A stretch of DNA of 63,856 nt from contig CALSCP010000837.1 in NCBI GenBank assembly GCA_943704425.1, positions 1 through 63,856 on the forward strand. The letters run 5' to 3'. The position numbers and the translations under genes are program-made. This DNA is from Ministeria vibrans ATCC 50519. Its lineage: Eukaryota > Protista > Filasterea. Numbering within the stretch: the first letter of the stretch is position 1; every line of letters starts with the position of its first letter. Shown here one piece after another: positions 23,514-35,910 of the stretch. The notes under the pieces are model-generated. The model made no database searches and was not told where the DNA came from. It saw only the letters and a list, made by a program, of their open reading frames with translations.

Positions 23514-23788
23514 ACATAAAATACTAATAAAATTAATAATAATATTTTAAATTTTAAAAATTATACTCAATAATAATATTATTATTATAATTATTATGAT
23601 TCAATGATTGTATTATTCGCTTGTGAATAACTCACGAATAACTTTCTTCATTTCTTCTTACTCATTATGATTTCTGATATAAAGTCGCTGAATGAGCAGT
23701 AATCATTTGGTAGTGCAACGTGTTTCAAAATAATTATTATGTTTTCAGATTATTCTTATTACTTCAAGAGAAACTTTTGTTTTACAAT

Positions 23789-24196
23789 TCACTTCGCAAT
23801 TTCCGCACATACTCCAGCTCCTCATTATACGAATCCCACCTGAAACAACCCATCAGCACGAGAATACTCGATTCTTCTTCTCATACCTTTTCGGGTTCTT
23901 TAACACAAAGTCGTGCAAAAGATTGGTATAGAGACAGAGACCGCGTCGTATGGCACGCGTCGTGCGGGAGAGCAGAACCTTATCGTTGAGCATCATGTCA
24001 ACTCCCTTGTACAGTAATTGACGCGCAGTGCTTTTCCACTCGTCGTCGTGGGAGTGCTGTTGTGATGTTGCATCAGTAAGTAGCGACAAAGGGAGAGCAG
24101 AGCTCATTTGCGGTTCGGTTTTGAGGAGTGAGGTCATTGCGCGAGAGAACGACTGCATCCAGAAGTCAGTCATTGTCGGAGACTAAAAAAGTAAAT

Positions 24197-24289
<93 letters not shown>

Positions 24290-26062
24290 GGAGAAAGAAA
24301 CAAAGTGATAGAGAGAAAGGAGGGAAAGAAGAAACAAAGTGATAGAGAGAGGAGGGGGAGAAGAAACAAAGTGATAGAGAGAGAGAGTGTGTGTGTGTGT
24401 GTTTAAGTATAATGATAATAAAGAAGAATTAATGCTCTTTTTCAAAATCAATCGGAATGGATCATCCACAAACACACTCAAGCCTAACAATAATGTCTCT
24501 GCCTTTATAATTGCACTCTTGCATACCTCATACGACGGAGAGTGTTGCTCGGAGGGCTCTGCACCAAAAAAGGCACTCCAATACAAATCAATAGGACCAG
24601 TGGGCGAAATGGCCTCAAGACCCACTGTCAGATGCACCGAGTAGCCCTTTCGACTAGAGGCAGAAATACATGAGAAGTGCGAGTCATTATTGTAAACGTA
24701 TGGTCTTACTTGAGCTGTGTTGACGTGGCATGAACTGCCCCTCTCGGCACATACAGTATATCCCCAGCACATACTGTGCGGTTCACCAAAGCCGCTCCCA
24801 ATTCATTGACACTCAACAGACTCGATTGTTCTAAAAAAACAATGAATCACTGTCATTATTATTCTCTCTCAAACTCTTACCTTTTCCAACGTCTTTTCGG
24901 ACTGGAAGCGCATACTGATTCGTATCCCACACAAACCATTTCTTACACCCTTCCAATTGCACAATAAAGACATCCTAACCATCAATATTAAAACACTAGT
25001 CAGTAGGTTACAGACATACAAAAAAAAAAAAAAAAAAAAAAAAGCTCAGACCTGTTTATCAGTGTGCGGAACCATTGCGACCTCAAGACCCATTGGCGAC
25101 AGATACGCATTAGTGTTGGACGGCAGATTAAACACCCGTGTCATGTTTATATTGAGTTCCGCCACTTTGGGAAGCCATCCGGTGACAGAATTGAGAACTG
25201 CAGAACGACTGTTTGACACACAGAGTAACAACACAAAAAAAAAGAAAATAATTGGTTCTGGTCCTTATTTTTGCTTTGTTGATTACCCTCTGTTGATCAT
25301 CAGCTTGACACAATTGTCTGTGCAGGGATCGGGGACCGACGGCTGACCGGGCGTGAGAATGTTCTCGGCAAAGGTGCCGGCAAGAAAGTAAACATTGGGT
25401 CGGTGAACACCCGCAACGTCGTGCGATAGTGTCAGGATTTCCTCCTCAATGTCGCGCCACGTGAGCGTACCGGCAAACGTATCGGGATGCACACGAAGAA
25501 GAACCGGTTTCTTCTCCCAGAACCGCCGACGGAACTCATCTGAGGCAATGACGCCAAAGAAGTCCCGTCGAGTGCGCTTGCCAGGCACCTCAATCACCGT
25601 ATCGTTCTCCAGCAGCCGCAGCGGCCCACCATTGCTCCCACGAAACCACTCATTGCTGCCATCGTCCCCACCGGCGTGTTCGGCGGCCGCGGCATAGCGT
25701 GCCTTCTTCTCGAGCGGAGTGCGAGGCGCAGCAATGCCCGACTCCAGCGAGCCCCGCACCACCCCGAGAATTTCTCGTCTCATCGCGCGCGCCTGCTTGC
25801 CTAGCGCACCGCCTTCCACCAGACCAAGCATGTCGAGGGCCTTGCCATACTGGGCCACCTTGGTCTGCAGCTTGGCACACAGCAGCGTGTCCTTGGGCGA
25901 AATACCGTCAACGCCAAACGTCACTTGCTTGTAGCACTCGCGCGCCGCCAGCGCCGTGTCGCCGTCCGCATACGCTTGGCGAGCCGCATCCAGCGCGTGC
26001 CTCGACGCCACACTCGAGGTGATGGCCGCGAGTGAGGTCAGACAGAGCAGAAGCGACAGCAT
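23789..26062 (-). CDS. Signal-peptide-bearing JmjC/cupin_4 (ROX/NO66/YcfD-like) 2-oxoglutarate oxygenase with N-terminal TPR-like region
   Basis: Signal-like N-terminus MLSLLLCLTSLAAITSSVA. Motifs across several exons: EFRRRFWEKKPVLLR, NTNAYLSP...PHTDKQ|DVFIVQLEGCKKW, GDILYVPRGAVH, SVHLTVG. The 3' end is inferred from splicing. Confidence 0.75.
24198..24401. repeat. (GA)n + AAACAAAGTGATAGAGA units + (GT)n in an intron
   Basis: Directly visible. Confidence 0.9.
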
Positions 26063-26519
26063 CAAAAAGTTTGACAAGTTTGACAAGTACCGATGACCGT
26101 CTATCTGTTCATTGTTATCGAATGTCGATCTTGTAACAAATTTGAAAATCCCAAAAGTAATCACTCATTTCTCAAACTAGCACCTTTTTTCTCTGTGCCT
26201 CGTTGTCGCGTGCGCCCATAAGCATCAAGGCACTCGCCAACACGTTACACGACACCGGCAGCGTCGCTGCTCCTCTCCAGCCGCTCCTGAAGAGCTTTTC
26301 CGTCCAATCCAATGCGTAAAAAACACATTTGAGATTCTCCACCGCCTTCATTTTGTTCCATCTTGACGCATCTTTGTTCCTGTGACACACTCCTTGCACA
26401 TCCGTTTGTTTTCCTCTTTCATTTTCTTCTCTTTCCCCTCCTTTTTTTTTTTTNNNNNNNNNNGACAGCGGATTGGAGGCAATCTCGGACAGGCGTGCTT
26501 CTTCATTTTTTTTTCTCAG

Positions 26520-29500
26520 CTCGCCTCGACGCACTCATCGTCGCTCGCCTCTACTACACCGCGCTGGACGCCTTCGGCGATCTTGAAGAGGTTGCTGTGT
26601 CGGCGCGCAACCTCGCAGTGAGCCTGTGTGCAGCAGGGTACTTTGTGTTGGTCGAAGCGGACTTCTCGCTGCACGACTGCCTCCACAAATTCGATCCTCC
26701 TGGCAATCCTGACCTGCCGACGCACCGCAAACGCCAAGACGCCGCTCTCAACTTCCAGACAGCACATCGCCTGCACTGGCACAGCAGCGGCACCAGCGCC
26801 GACACCATCTCAGGCGGTCTTGCGCTTCTCGCCACACTCGACGACAAGGGCACGTCTCTCAAAGCGCCTCCGCAGAAAAACGACCAACTCCTTGTCTACA
26901 TCATGGGCCATGGGGAAGGAGGCGGCGTTGTGCTTGACGACGCAAAGTACGACAGTGTCACCGACACCCACTTGGACCTCTACACTCTCGAAAAGCTTCG
27001 CGTCGCAACCCAGCCGTGGCAACGCGTTTTCGTCGCTCTTGACTGCTGCCAAGCGGGTGCCGCACACTCTGCACACGTTGGTGCACACTATTTGTCTCTT
27101 CAACACGGAGAGGGCAACAACCTCCCTGCTGAACTCAGCGGCCAGTCTTGCTTTCTGCTCCTCACCTCGGTCGTATTCGACCAACTCAGCTGGGCCTACG
27201 CTCACCATGGCACACTCCTCCAAATTGCCATGCGCGACGTGTTTCTCAATTCGGATGCGTTTGGTGGCAAACACTGGTCGACTCTCGGTTCATTGATGGC
27301 TAAGGCGACATCCAAAATGATTTATCATTGCACCGACCCACCGGCCTCTGCTGGCATGCACTCCATCGGTTGTCGTCTTGAGCGTCTCGGATTGTCTTGG
27401 GGTACAACCAACACGGGTGAGTACATTCTGTACAATCCTTCGCTCACTCCCACGACAGCTCCATGCATCCTCTCTCCGATTGCCGACCTTGCCTCACCGC
27501 TTACCTTTTCGATCCGCGACCACACCAAGTCACGTCACATTCTCATCGTCACACCCAGTGACACGTACACGTCCCTCTCCCCCGCCCTGCTGGCTGCTTG
27601 TCGCTGCAACATTGCAGAGCCACTTTCCCCTTTTCGCGTGTGGTCAGATAGCACCGGCTGCTACAGTCTGCACTGCCACGCCACTCCAACTTCTCTCACA
27701 TTTCTTCTTGTTGCGCGTGTCGTCAAGCCCAAGTCGTGCGTCGCTGATCTCGCGCTGCGGTGGCAACCCGACGTCATCGAGTACTACCCTTTTGAAAGCG
27801 CGCAAACTAACCGCGTCGTTGTTGCTCGCGAGTTCATTGTGAACTCTACACACGCCGTGCATTCCCGATTGCCAGATGTTGCGTTTGACCGACTCGGCCG
27901 CATTTCGCAGTCACTGGGCAGCCTTTTTTTACCGCGTACAACCAAATTTCCTTTGCCGGATGCAATTATTACCATTCGTCCGCGTGAAACAGTGATGACT
28001 GTTTGTAATCGTGCCCAGGGGCAAGTTCTCTCCTCTGTTCCATACGTTATGCAGGAGATGGGCAATTGCACCTGCAAGGACTGTGACCGATGCCGCGTCC
28101 GCCGTCTCGTTATTCTTACCACCTCCAGTGCACAACCAACTGACGACGAGCGTGTCGCTCTTTTCTACGCCTCTGCGGCACTCTCGTCCCAGCTCCTTCC
28201 TGTCACATTCCTTACCCGTGACATTCCCTCAAAGTCTGTGCGATTTGATGCCATCTTTCGCAACCCAAACGAGAAGCAGTTCGATTCAGTTCGCGCCGAA
28301 ATTTTGACCGCTCTCCGTTCTTTTCTAAGGCGCCACACTCCAGCCACTCATGCACCCCTTTGCTTTCGTCATATGTATGTGCATGTTGGAACCAACGCCA
28401 CCCTCTCACTCAACCTCGAGACCTCTCCCTGGCTTCTCTGGGCACTTCAGTCCTCGCCAGTCGACGCACTTCGCTTGCTTGGCTTTGACTCCATCAAAGA
28501 AGCGAAACATTCATCGTTCATGTCTATCGTGCTGCGTGCGCGCGATGCTACTGCAGATGTGCGGTTATTTTCAAGCAGCGAAATGAAGTCAATCGCTCAG
28601 TCTGTTGTCGATTTTGCGCGCTCCAATTGGTTCTCCAGTCACAACGAGCCCATCCAGCCATTTATTCATCTGTCCACCGCCTCGCAGTCGCTTCACGTTT
28701 TCTTTGACATTCCCGAAAGTCTTGAAGTGCGAGCCCGACAAGCCATTGCAAAAAATAGCAAATCACCGTTTTTTATTGATAATCGCGTGGTCATGAGCGC
28801 TCAAGTGGTGTACAAAGGTGAAGTTGAGCACATGCGCGCGTTGGCCGAACAGCTTGCTGCTCATGCTCGAGATCTTGCGCACGACACTCTTCTGGATACT
28901 GTCGAGGACCGCGCAAGGGAGTTGTACAGAGGCGATTTTGGCGTGCGCCCTCTCCATCATGTTCTTGTGGATGCGGTCCGGTTCGACTTGCTCGACACAG
29001 TGAAGGCACTCGCTCTTCTTCCCTTCAGCGACACTGACCCTGCGCGCCTTATTGATGTTGCCACTCACGAAGGTGAGTCTGCGCTTGTGGTTGCTGCCCG
29101 ACATGATGCCATTAAGACTGTTGAGTGGCTGTTGGTGAACAAAGTGGTCTCGTTAACTGATGATGCACCTCGCGTCGCACAAGCAGCATTTGACTCGGAC
29201 GCAGCTCAGACCGTCTCCCTGCTTTACAAGGACTACCCGTTCTACTTCACGGACTTCTCTCCGCTTTCCCTGACAAGCGGGTTTGTTCGCCACCTTGTGC
29301 AGGACGAAAAGCTTGCCGTTGCCTTTTGGGTGTGTGAACGCCTTGGGCTCGAACTGACTGATTTCTCTGTGGGCGTGCTCAAGAGTGTGTCTGTGAAAAT
29401 GGAAAATGCGCACTCTTGGGCCGATTGGCACATTCGCCTTGCCTGCCAGTACCTCAAGAAAGGATCAAGTGCAAGTCAAGCCGGTGTGAAAGCATTTGAA

Positions 29501-32500
29501 CACGCCAAAGAGGCTCTCTCATTCGCTTTTGACGACCATCGCCGCCTTCTTGCTCTTCGCCTACTCGCCGATCTTGAAAAATGGGACACCATCGTCGAGT
29601 GTGTCAAGCCTCTGAGTCACCACATTTACGACCGGGAAATTCGCTTGCTCTATGCCTGTGCTCGCTACCAGATTGGTTCTGGTGACACTGCCATTTCGGA
29701 TCTGCTGCTTCTTTTGTCGGCGGATGAACTCGTTGTCGATGATTCCGTTGGTCAAATGTTTGCAAAAAGATGTGACGTGTTGTCAGTGCTTTCGCTGGTG
29801 CTCATTGGCCGTGCTGTTGAACAGCGACTGCAGCTCTGTGAGAACGTGTTTTTGAACGTCATCCACGAAGGTTTGCGTGATGATGTACGACAGGCATGCA
29901 AAGAGTGGCTGACTGCGACCAATGGAGATGGGATGTCCCAACTGCCTTGGCTGAGATGGACTCATCGAGAGCAGATTGCACTTGCTGGAGCGCTCAGCAT
30001 GCCTGCCAGTGACAGAGAAGCGCTTGAGACTGAGGCTGCTGAAGGTGGTTACTCTATCGCTGATCGTCAACGTGGGTTCGAATTGAGTGCTAGGCTTGTT
30101 GAACGGCAGCCACTTTCAGATGAGGAGGTTGCAGTAGTTTCCGCGCTCTTGAGCGGTACGATACGCCGCGATTTGTGGCAGGAAACGGTCGGATACTTGC
30201 AGGTGCTGGATCTCTCAAACGTGTTGGATGGACGTCTTCCAGACTGCTTGCAAGAGACCACGCTGCAGGTCAAGATTCTGAATTTGAGCAACAACTCACT
30301 GCCAGAGTTGCCATCGTCCCTATTTCAGTCGACCACACAGCTCCACCGCCTCATCCTTGACAACAATCTGTTGACCCTTCTTCCGCCATCTATTGGGCAC
30401 TGCTCCAATCTCGTTACTCTTTCTGTTGCACGCAATCGACTCGAGACCCTCCCCGAGTCCCTCTCTCAGCTGCGCTACCTCCGTGAGATTAACTTGGGTG
30501 GCAACTCTCTTCCTTTTCACGCACTTCGTGTTCTTGCGCATCTGTCCGAATCACTCCAGCTGCTTGTCATGCTGCTCGAAGACGGCGCGCTTGTGTCCGA
30601 CGCACGATTGTGGTGTGCGGAATCTGCGGCCCGTGCTCGCGTGAATCTTGATCGTCTTGGATTCGGTAGGTGGGTGTTGTTGAATCTGCCGATTAAAACT
30701 TATCTGTTTCTTTTTTTTTTTTTCAGATATGGTCAATGAGAGACGATGCGATGGCTTGTTTTCAGGTGCATTTGGCATGACGATTGTAATTGGTGGTGAA
30801 GGTGAATCTGGCAAGACGACTTTTTTTCGTGGCATGTTGCGCAAAGACTTTGTGGAGAAGCATCGCAAGACCTGGTATGCGTCGGTGTCCTATTGTGACA
30901 CCGTTGTGGAGCGTGACGAAGAGGTGTCGCTTGTTGAACATCGTACGCTGCGAACTGACGATGCCTCCAAAACGACTGTGTCGGAATTGTCTTGGGAAAA
31001 TTCCGTAGTGAAACAGCGCATCCACTACCTTGCGCAAGAGCGGATCGAGAAAGAGAACTGCGAGGCCGAGAGTGTCATTGAGAAGAAAGAAGAAGTGCCA
31101 AAGGAAGAAGAAACCAACGCGCGCCTGGACTCACCGCTGGCTATGCCCTTATTCAATCATTCCGTGTCGGGGAGCGACCGCGCATCTACGATTGACCCGC
31201 CGTCTGAACCTGCTGCATTACCCCGTATCACTCTTGAGTCACGGCCAGATGTCCCATCCAGCGCTGGCGATGACGATGCGCGCTTTGTGACGCCCTGCGA
31301 TGGGTATGGGCGCCTTGTGGCAAGTGCCCGTCATGCTGTGTTGCCACGGATCGCCTTTATTGATTTGGGCGGCCAGAAGCAGTTTCGTGCCGTGCAGTCC
31401 ATCATTCCGTTCGCGTCGTCGCTCTATGTTGTCGTCGTTGATCTTGAGAAGATGCATTCAACGCCTAATGAGGAGATGAAAAAGCTGGAGGAGTGGTTCT
31501 TGCTTCCTTCTGCGAAGCAGGCGCGAGCTGTGATGGTGGTTGGCACGCATGCCAGTACGAGTGGCTTCAACTTTCACGCTGATGCGAGTGGCGGTGACGG
31601 CTTTAGGCTTGTAGAAAGCAAGGTGTCTCAGCTTTTGAAGCGGAATGAGTTGCGTTGGTTGGGTTCCAAGTGTATGTGGCCTGTGGACTATCGGACGGAG
31701 CTGTTTGTGCAGGAGGTGCGTGCTGAAGTGTTGCGAGCTGTGAAGGAAGTGAGCGCGCAAGTGCGGGCTTCGACCCAAGTTGCGACTGCAATTGACTCTG
31801 TCCAAGCACTCGCTGCACCTGGCGCTTTGAGCCTCTCGTTTGAAGCTGTAAAGCAGTGCGTGGAATCTATGCAGATTCCTGTTGTCCAGTACGTTTTTGA
31901 GGCCCAGCGTCTTGGTGCAGCATTCGTTGATCCACGAGTTCCTGAGTACGTATTTGTGGACGTGCCATCATTAGCGGATGCCGTCGGTCGAGTGTATAGT
32001 TGTGCACTTGAAGGACGACCAGACGCCCCCTCTGTTGGTCCCTCCTTGGACATTGATGTCCAGGATTTGCGTCGCACTGGTGCGTGGTCGGAGGCGCTGT
32101 TGGACTGGTCACTGTTGCACACCGACGTCTCCGACAAGGCGAGTTTGAGGGAACTCTTTTTGAAGTGTCAAGTTTTGCCCGTTGTTGAAGGTATTGAGCT
32201 TAGTTTGACTCATCAAGGAAATTCTTATTTTTTTGTTACATGTTTATAGTACTGGAATCGATCCAGGAATCTAGCACCAATATTCGCACCGGTTATAGCT
32301 ACGCAATAGTATTAGCTCGAGCCTTATACGACAAACGCGAACTTGAGCTCGACACCCTTGTAGGGGTCGCTTCCACCGCGCGAAACGTCGCTGTCGATCT
32401 TTGCCGCAACGGATTCAAGGTTGTCGTGATCGCTGACACGCCCATGACACTGCGACAACCCGCCTTCGACAACCCAGCGCTAGAGCAAAATTACGTCAAT

Positions 32501-35161
32501 GGCGCCATCCATGCCAAGCAGACCGGCGAGCTCCTGTGGGTCCATGACAATGCCACACGAGCGAATATTCGTGATGGGTTTGCCGCCCTGGCTACCATGG
32601 TGCCTGGTCACCTCCCAGCACCATACGACGAACTCGTCATTTACATTACGGGTCATGGTGTCGAGAACATCAACGGCTCGTGCGGTGTCGCCTTGAATGA
32701 AACTCGACGCATTCAGTCAATAGTCGATGTTGACGGTGTACAGAAGGGATTTGAGGGCGCGTACACGATGGAACAGCTACGCGACGATTTGGGCGTTGAC
32801 CGAGAGCAACGGTGGCGCAACACCCTCGTGGTGCTCGACTCAAGCCAGATTGGTGCTGATTTTGATATGTCACACGCGTGCACACGAAGTCGTGGCGTTG
32901 GAGAGACGCAAATGGTCCAAACTGCCTATCTATCAGAGTCATTTCATTGTCTCGCTCTCACGCCGAAGTCTCCCTCCTTTTGCACAGACTTTGGCACGGT
33001 GCTCTACGCGGCTCTGCGACGCGCATGGCTATCGCCTGGTAGTGACGGCGGCGCGTTTGGGCGCACGGGCGGCGAGGGGGCGGCGGAATGGGCTACGATC
33101 GGGTGTGTAGCGGACCGCGTCAACGTTGAGCTGGCGGCAATTCTGGCAGAGGTCGGAATTGGAAATGATTTCTTTCAGACTTCCGCACTCGGACGACTGG
33201 CATGGTGCACCAGCACGAATGTGGGAGAGTTTGTGGTGTTCAACAAGAACTACACGGAGCGGAACAAGCTGGCCATGGTGCCTGCTGTGCCGGCGAGTTT
33301 CACGGGACGCGCGAAGGAGTTGAGGCAGTTGGAGGCGCGACTGAAGCAGAGTGGGACTGCGGCGATTGGGAACCTGACGGTGTCGGCTGCGGGCGGAGTG
33401 GGCAAGAGCACACTGGCAGCGGAGTATGCGCGACGGAATGCGCACGAGTACCACTGGATCGTTTGGGTGCGTGGAACGAGTGCGACGGCGATGGTGGGAT
33501 CGTATCGGGAGGCAGTGCGGTACATTCCACTGAAACATGTGGATGCTGCTAGCGCAAAGGATGAGGAGGTGGTGGCGGCGATGCGAGAGTGGTTGTCGCA
33601 CGAGATAGGATGGTTGATGGTGGTGGACGGATGTGATGTGATCACAGACGAGATGAAGACGATGATGCCTGGTGGCGTGATGGAGGGGAAGATGATTGTG
33701 ACGACACGATTGCGGAGTGTGGATGAGCTGGGAGCGCTGTTTGAAGGAGGAGACGCACCAATGGAGCTGGGGGTATTTGATGAGGAAGAGGGAATGGAGT
33801 ACACGAGGAAGCGACTGCCGAAACGCGCGAGTGAAGGAGATGCGTTGAGGGATATCGTGCGTGCTGTAGGAGGAATGCCATTGGCGCTTGACTTGGCAAC
33901 AGCGTATCTGGCAGCGACGCCACATGTGAGTGCTGGAAGGTATCATGCACGGATGGCGACAGACAGATTGAATGCGTTGAAGAAGAGGAGTGGAGGAGGA
34001 GGATTGGAAGATCGGGTGCTGGCGACGTACGAGCCGAGTTTGGCGCGAGCGATGGAGATTGGAGGGAAGGAGATGGTGCGAAAGATGGTTGGAGTAATGG
34101 GGTTTCTGGAGGGGAGTGGGATGGAGGTGGAGGTGTTGCGATTGATGGTAACGGGGCAGAGAGAGGAAGAAGAGGCGGATGAGGATGCGTTTGATGTTGC
34201 TCTTGGGGCGTTATGTCGACTGTCCGTGGTTGATGTGAACGGGAGAGTGGTGTCGATGCATCAGTTGGTGCAGGATGTGTGTCGAGCGGTGGCATTTGGA
34301 GATGAGGAGGAGATGTGGAGTGAGTTGCAGAGGGTGGGGAGAGTGATAGGGGATGAGGTTACTTCTGACTCGAAGGTGTATGGAGATATGGAGTGGAGTC
34401 GACGAGTGGGAGTGCATGGAATGCGAGTGATGGAATGGGCGTGTGTCGAGGTGGGTAGAAGGCGGAAGGGTGGGCAGACGAAGGAGTATGGTGATGGCGT
34501 TGTGTGGCTGGGAATCCGATTGAGTGCAATGTGGCGGATGTTGGGGATGTACAAGTTGGCTCTTTGTGCTGCTGAGAATGCGTGTGATTGTGTGTATGAC
34601 AAGACATCAGTACTGGCTGCAAGTGCATTTGGGACATTGGGTACCGTCCANNNNNNNNNNNNNNNNNNNNNNNNNNNNNNNNNNNNNNNNNNNNNNNNNN
34701 NNNNNNNNNNNNNNNNNNNNNNNNNNNNNNNNNNNNNNTCCACAGGCGACACATTGAACAACATGGCTGGTGTGTTCAAGGCACAAGGAGACTACAGTCG
34801 TGCTCTTGAGTACTATGAGCGTGCGCTGACCATCCATGAGAAGTCTGTTGGCCCCGACCACCCATCCACAGGCGACACATTGAACAACATGGCCATTGTG
34901 TTCCAGGCACAAGGAGACTACAGTCGTGCTCTTGAGTACTATGAGCGTGCTCTGACCATCCGTGAGAAGTCTTTTGGTCCCGACCACCCATCTACAGGCG
35001 AGGCATTGAACAACATGGCTATTGTGTTCCGGGCTCGAGGAGACTACACTCGTGCTCTTGAGTACTCTGAGCGTGCCTCTGCTATCCGTGAGAAGTCTCT
35101 TGGTTCTGTCCGCTCGGTGCTCGGGCAGATAAGCGCCTCCCTCCCTCAATCGCGATCTTGA
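26520..35161 (+). CDS. Giant multidomain protein: caspase-fold (C14) - ANK - LRR - Roc GTPase/COR-like - second caspase-fold (Cys>Ser) - NB-ARC - TPR array
   Basis: Three track ORFs are joined in frame by phase-1 GT-AG introns at 30666-30726 and 32191-32249. Caspase-fold 1: YIMGHG, LDCCQAG. ANK: GESALVVAARHD. LRR: LNLSNNSL, LILDNNLL. Roc: GEGESGKTT, DLGGQ, VVGTH. Caspase-fold 2: YITGHG, LDSSQ. NB-ARC: GGVGKSTLA, WLMVVD, IVTTR, GGMPLAL, MHQLVQ. TPR: TGDTLNNMA. The true 5' end is obscured by an N gap. Confidence 0.8.
34739..35105 (+). repeat. Near-identical 126-nt TPR-coding tandem units adjacent to an assembly gap
   Basis: Units start at 34739, 34865 and 34991 (exact 126-nt period) with very high nucleotide identity; an N gap lies immediately upstream. 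Confidence 0.9.
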
Positions 35162-35359
35162 ACACCTCAACACATGTTCGTGACAGTGCAAACGCAGCTG
35201 CCGTCGCACTCTTCCACTTTCTCTTTCTTTCTGATCGATCAATCTTTTTAGCGGCTAATTTCTTTTAGTGTACAATATAGAATATTATTTTTCACGACAC
35301 GTCCAATCGAAGTCCAACACAACAATGAATAATAACGACGATCCCTCAAAAAAACCTCC

Positions 35360-35910
35360 TTACGACAAATACACCACAAAGAAAGCACCCCTCGCCAAAC
35401 CCCTGACAATCCTCCTCGACACACCCACCAGCAAGTCTGCACGTCCACCCTTGTCCACGTCCCCTGCGAGCACCACCGCCTGTCCCATCAAGTCACTCGA
35501 TACCGCACTCACCATAAACCCATTTGCATCAGCTAGCAATGCACGTCCGTCGCGCGCCTGTCTATTCGAAGTCAACAGCAGCAGTATCGCCGAGATTGAT
35601 TTTGGTGCGCCCACCACAATGTCAACGATTCCGTGGCCATCAAAGCCACCCATGCCTGTGACAGATGCTCCAAAGTCGGTCACGCCCACAGTATTGGTTG
35701 CAATGACACTCGACGATATCGACGCCAATATCGAGTGGGAGGCCACCGTGCCGTCACGAGCCCTCAGAAGAACATATAGATTCTGTTGGCGCCCGACACA
35801 CCCACCGCCAAGTTCCCGCCAAGTCGGGCACCGCATCGCCATCCAAGGTCGTCCAGCAGTGCAACAGTCGAGCCAACGTTGGCATGGACCGGGATTGGGA
35901 GAGCCGCAGC
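35360..35910 (-). pseudogene. Degenerate FG-GAP (integrin-alpha beta-propeller type) repeat remnant
   Basis: FGASVTGMGGFDGHGIVDIVVGAP and GQAVVLAGDVDKGGRADLLVG lie in one frame, LDGDAVPDLAG in another. This implies a frameshift, and no clear start is present. Confidence 0.55.
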
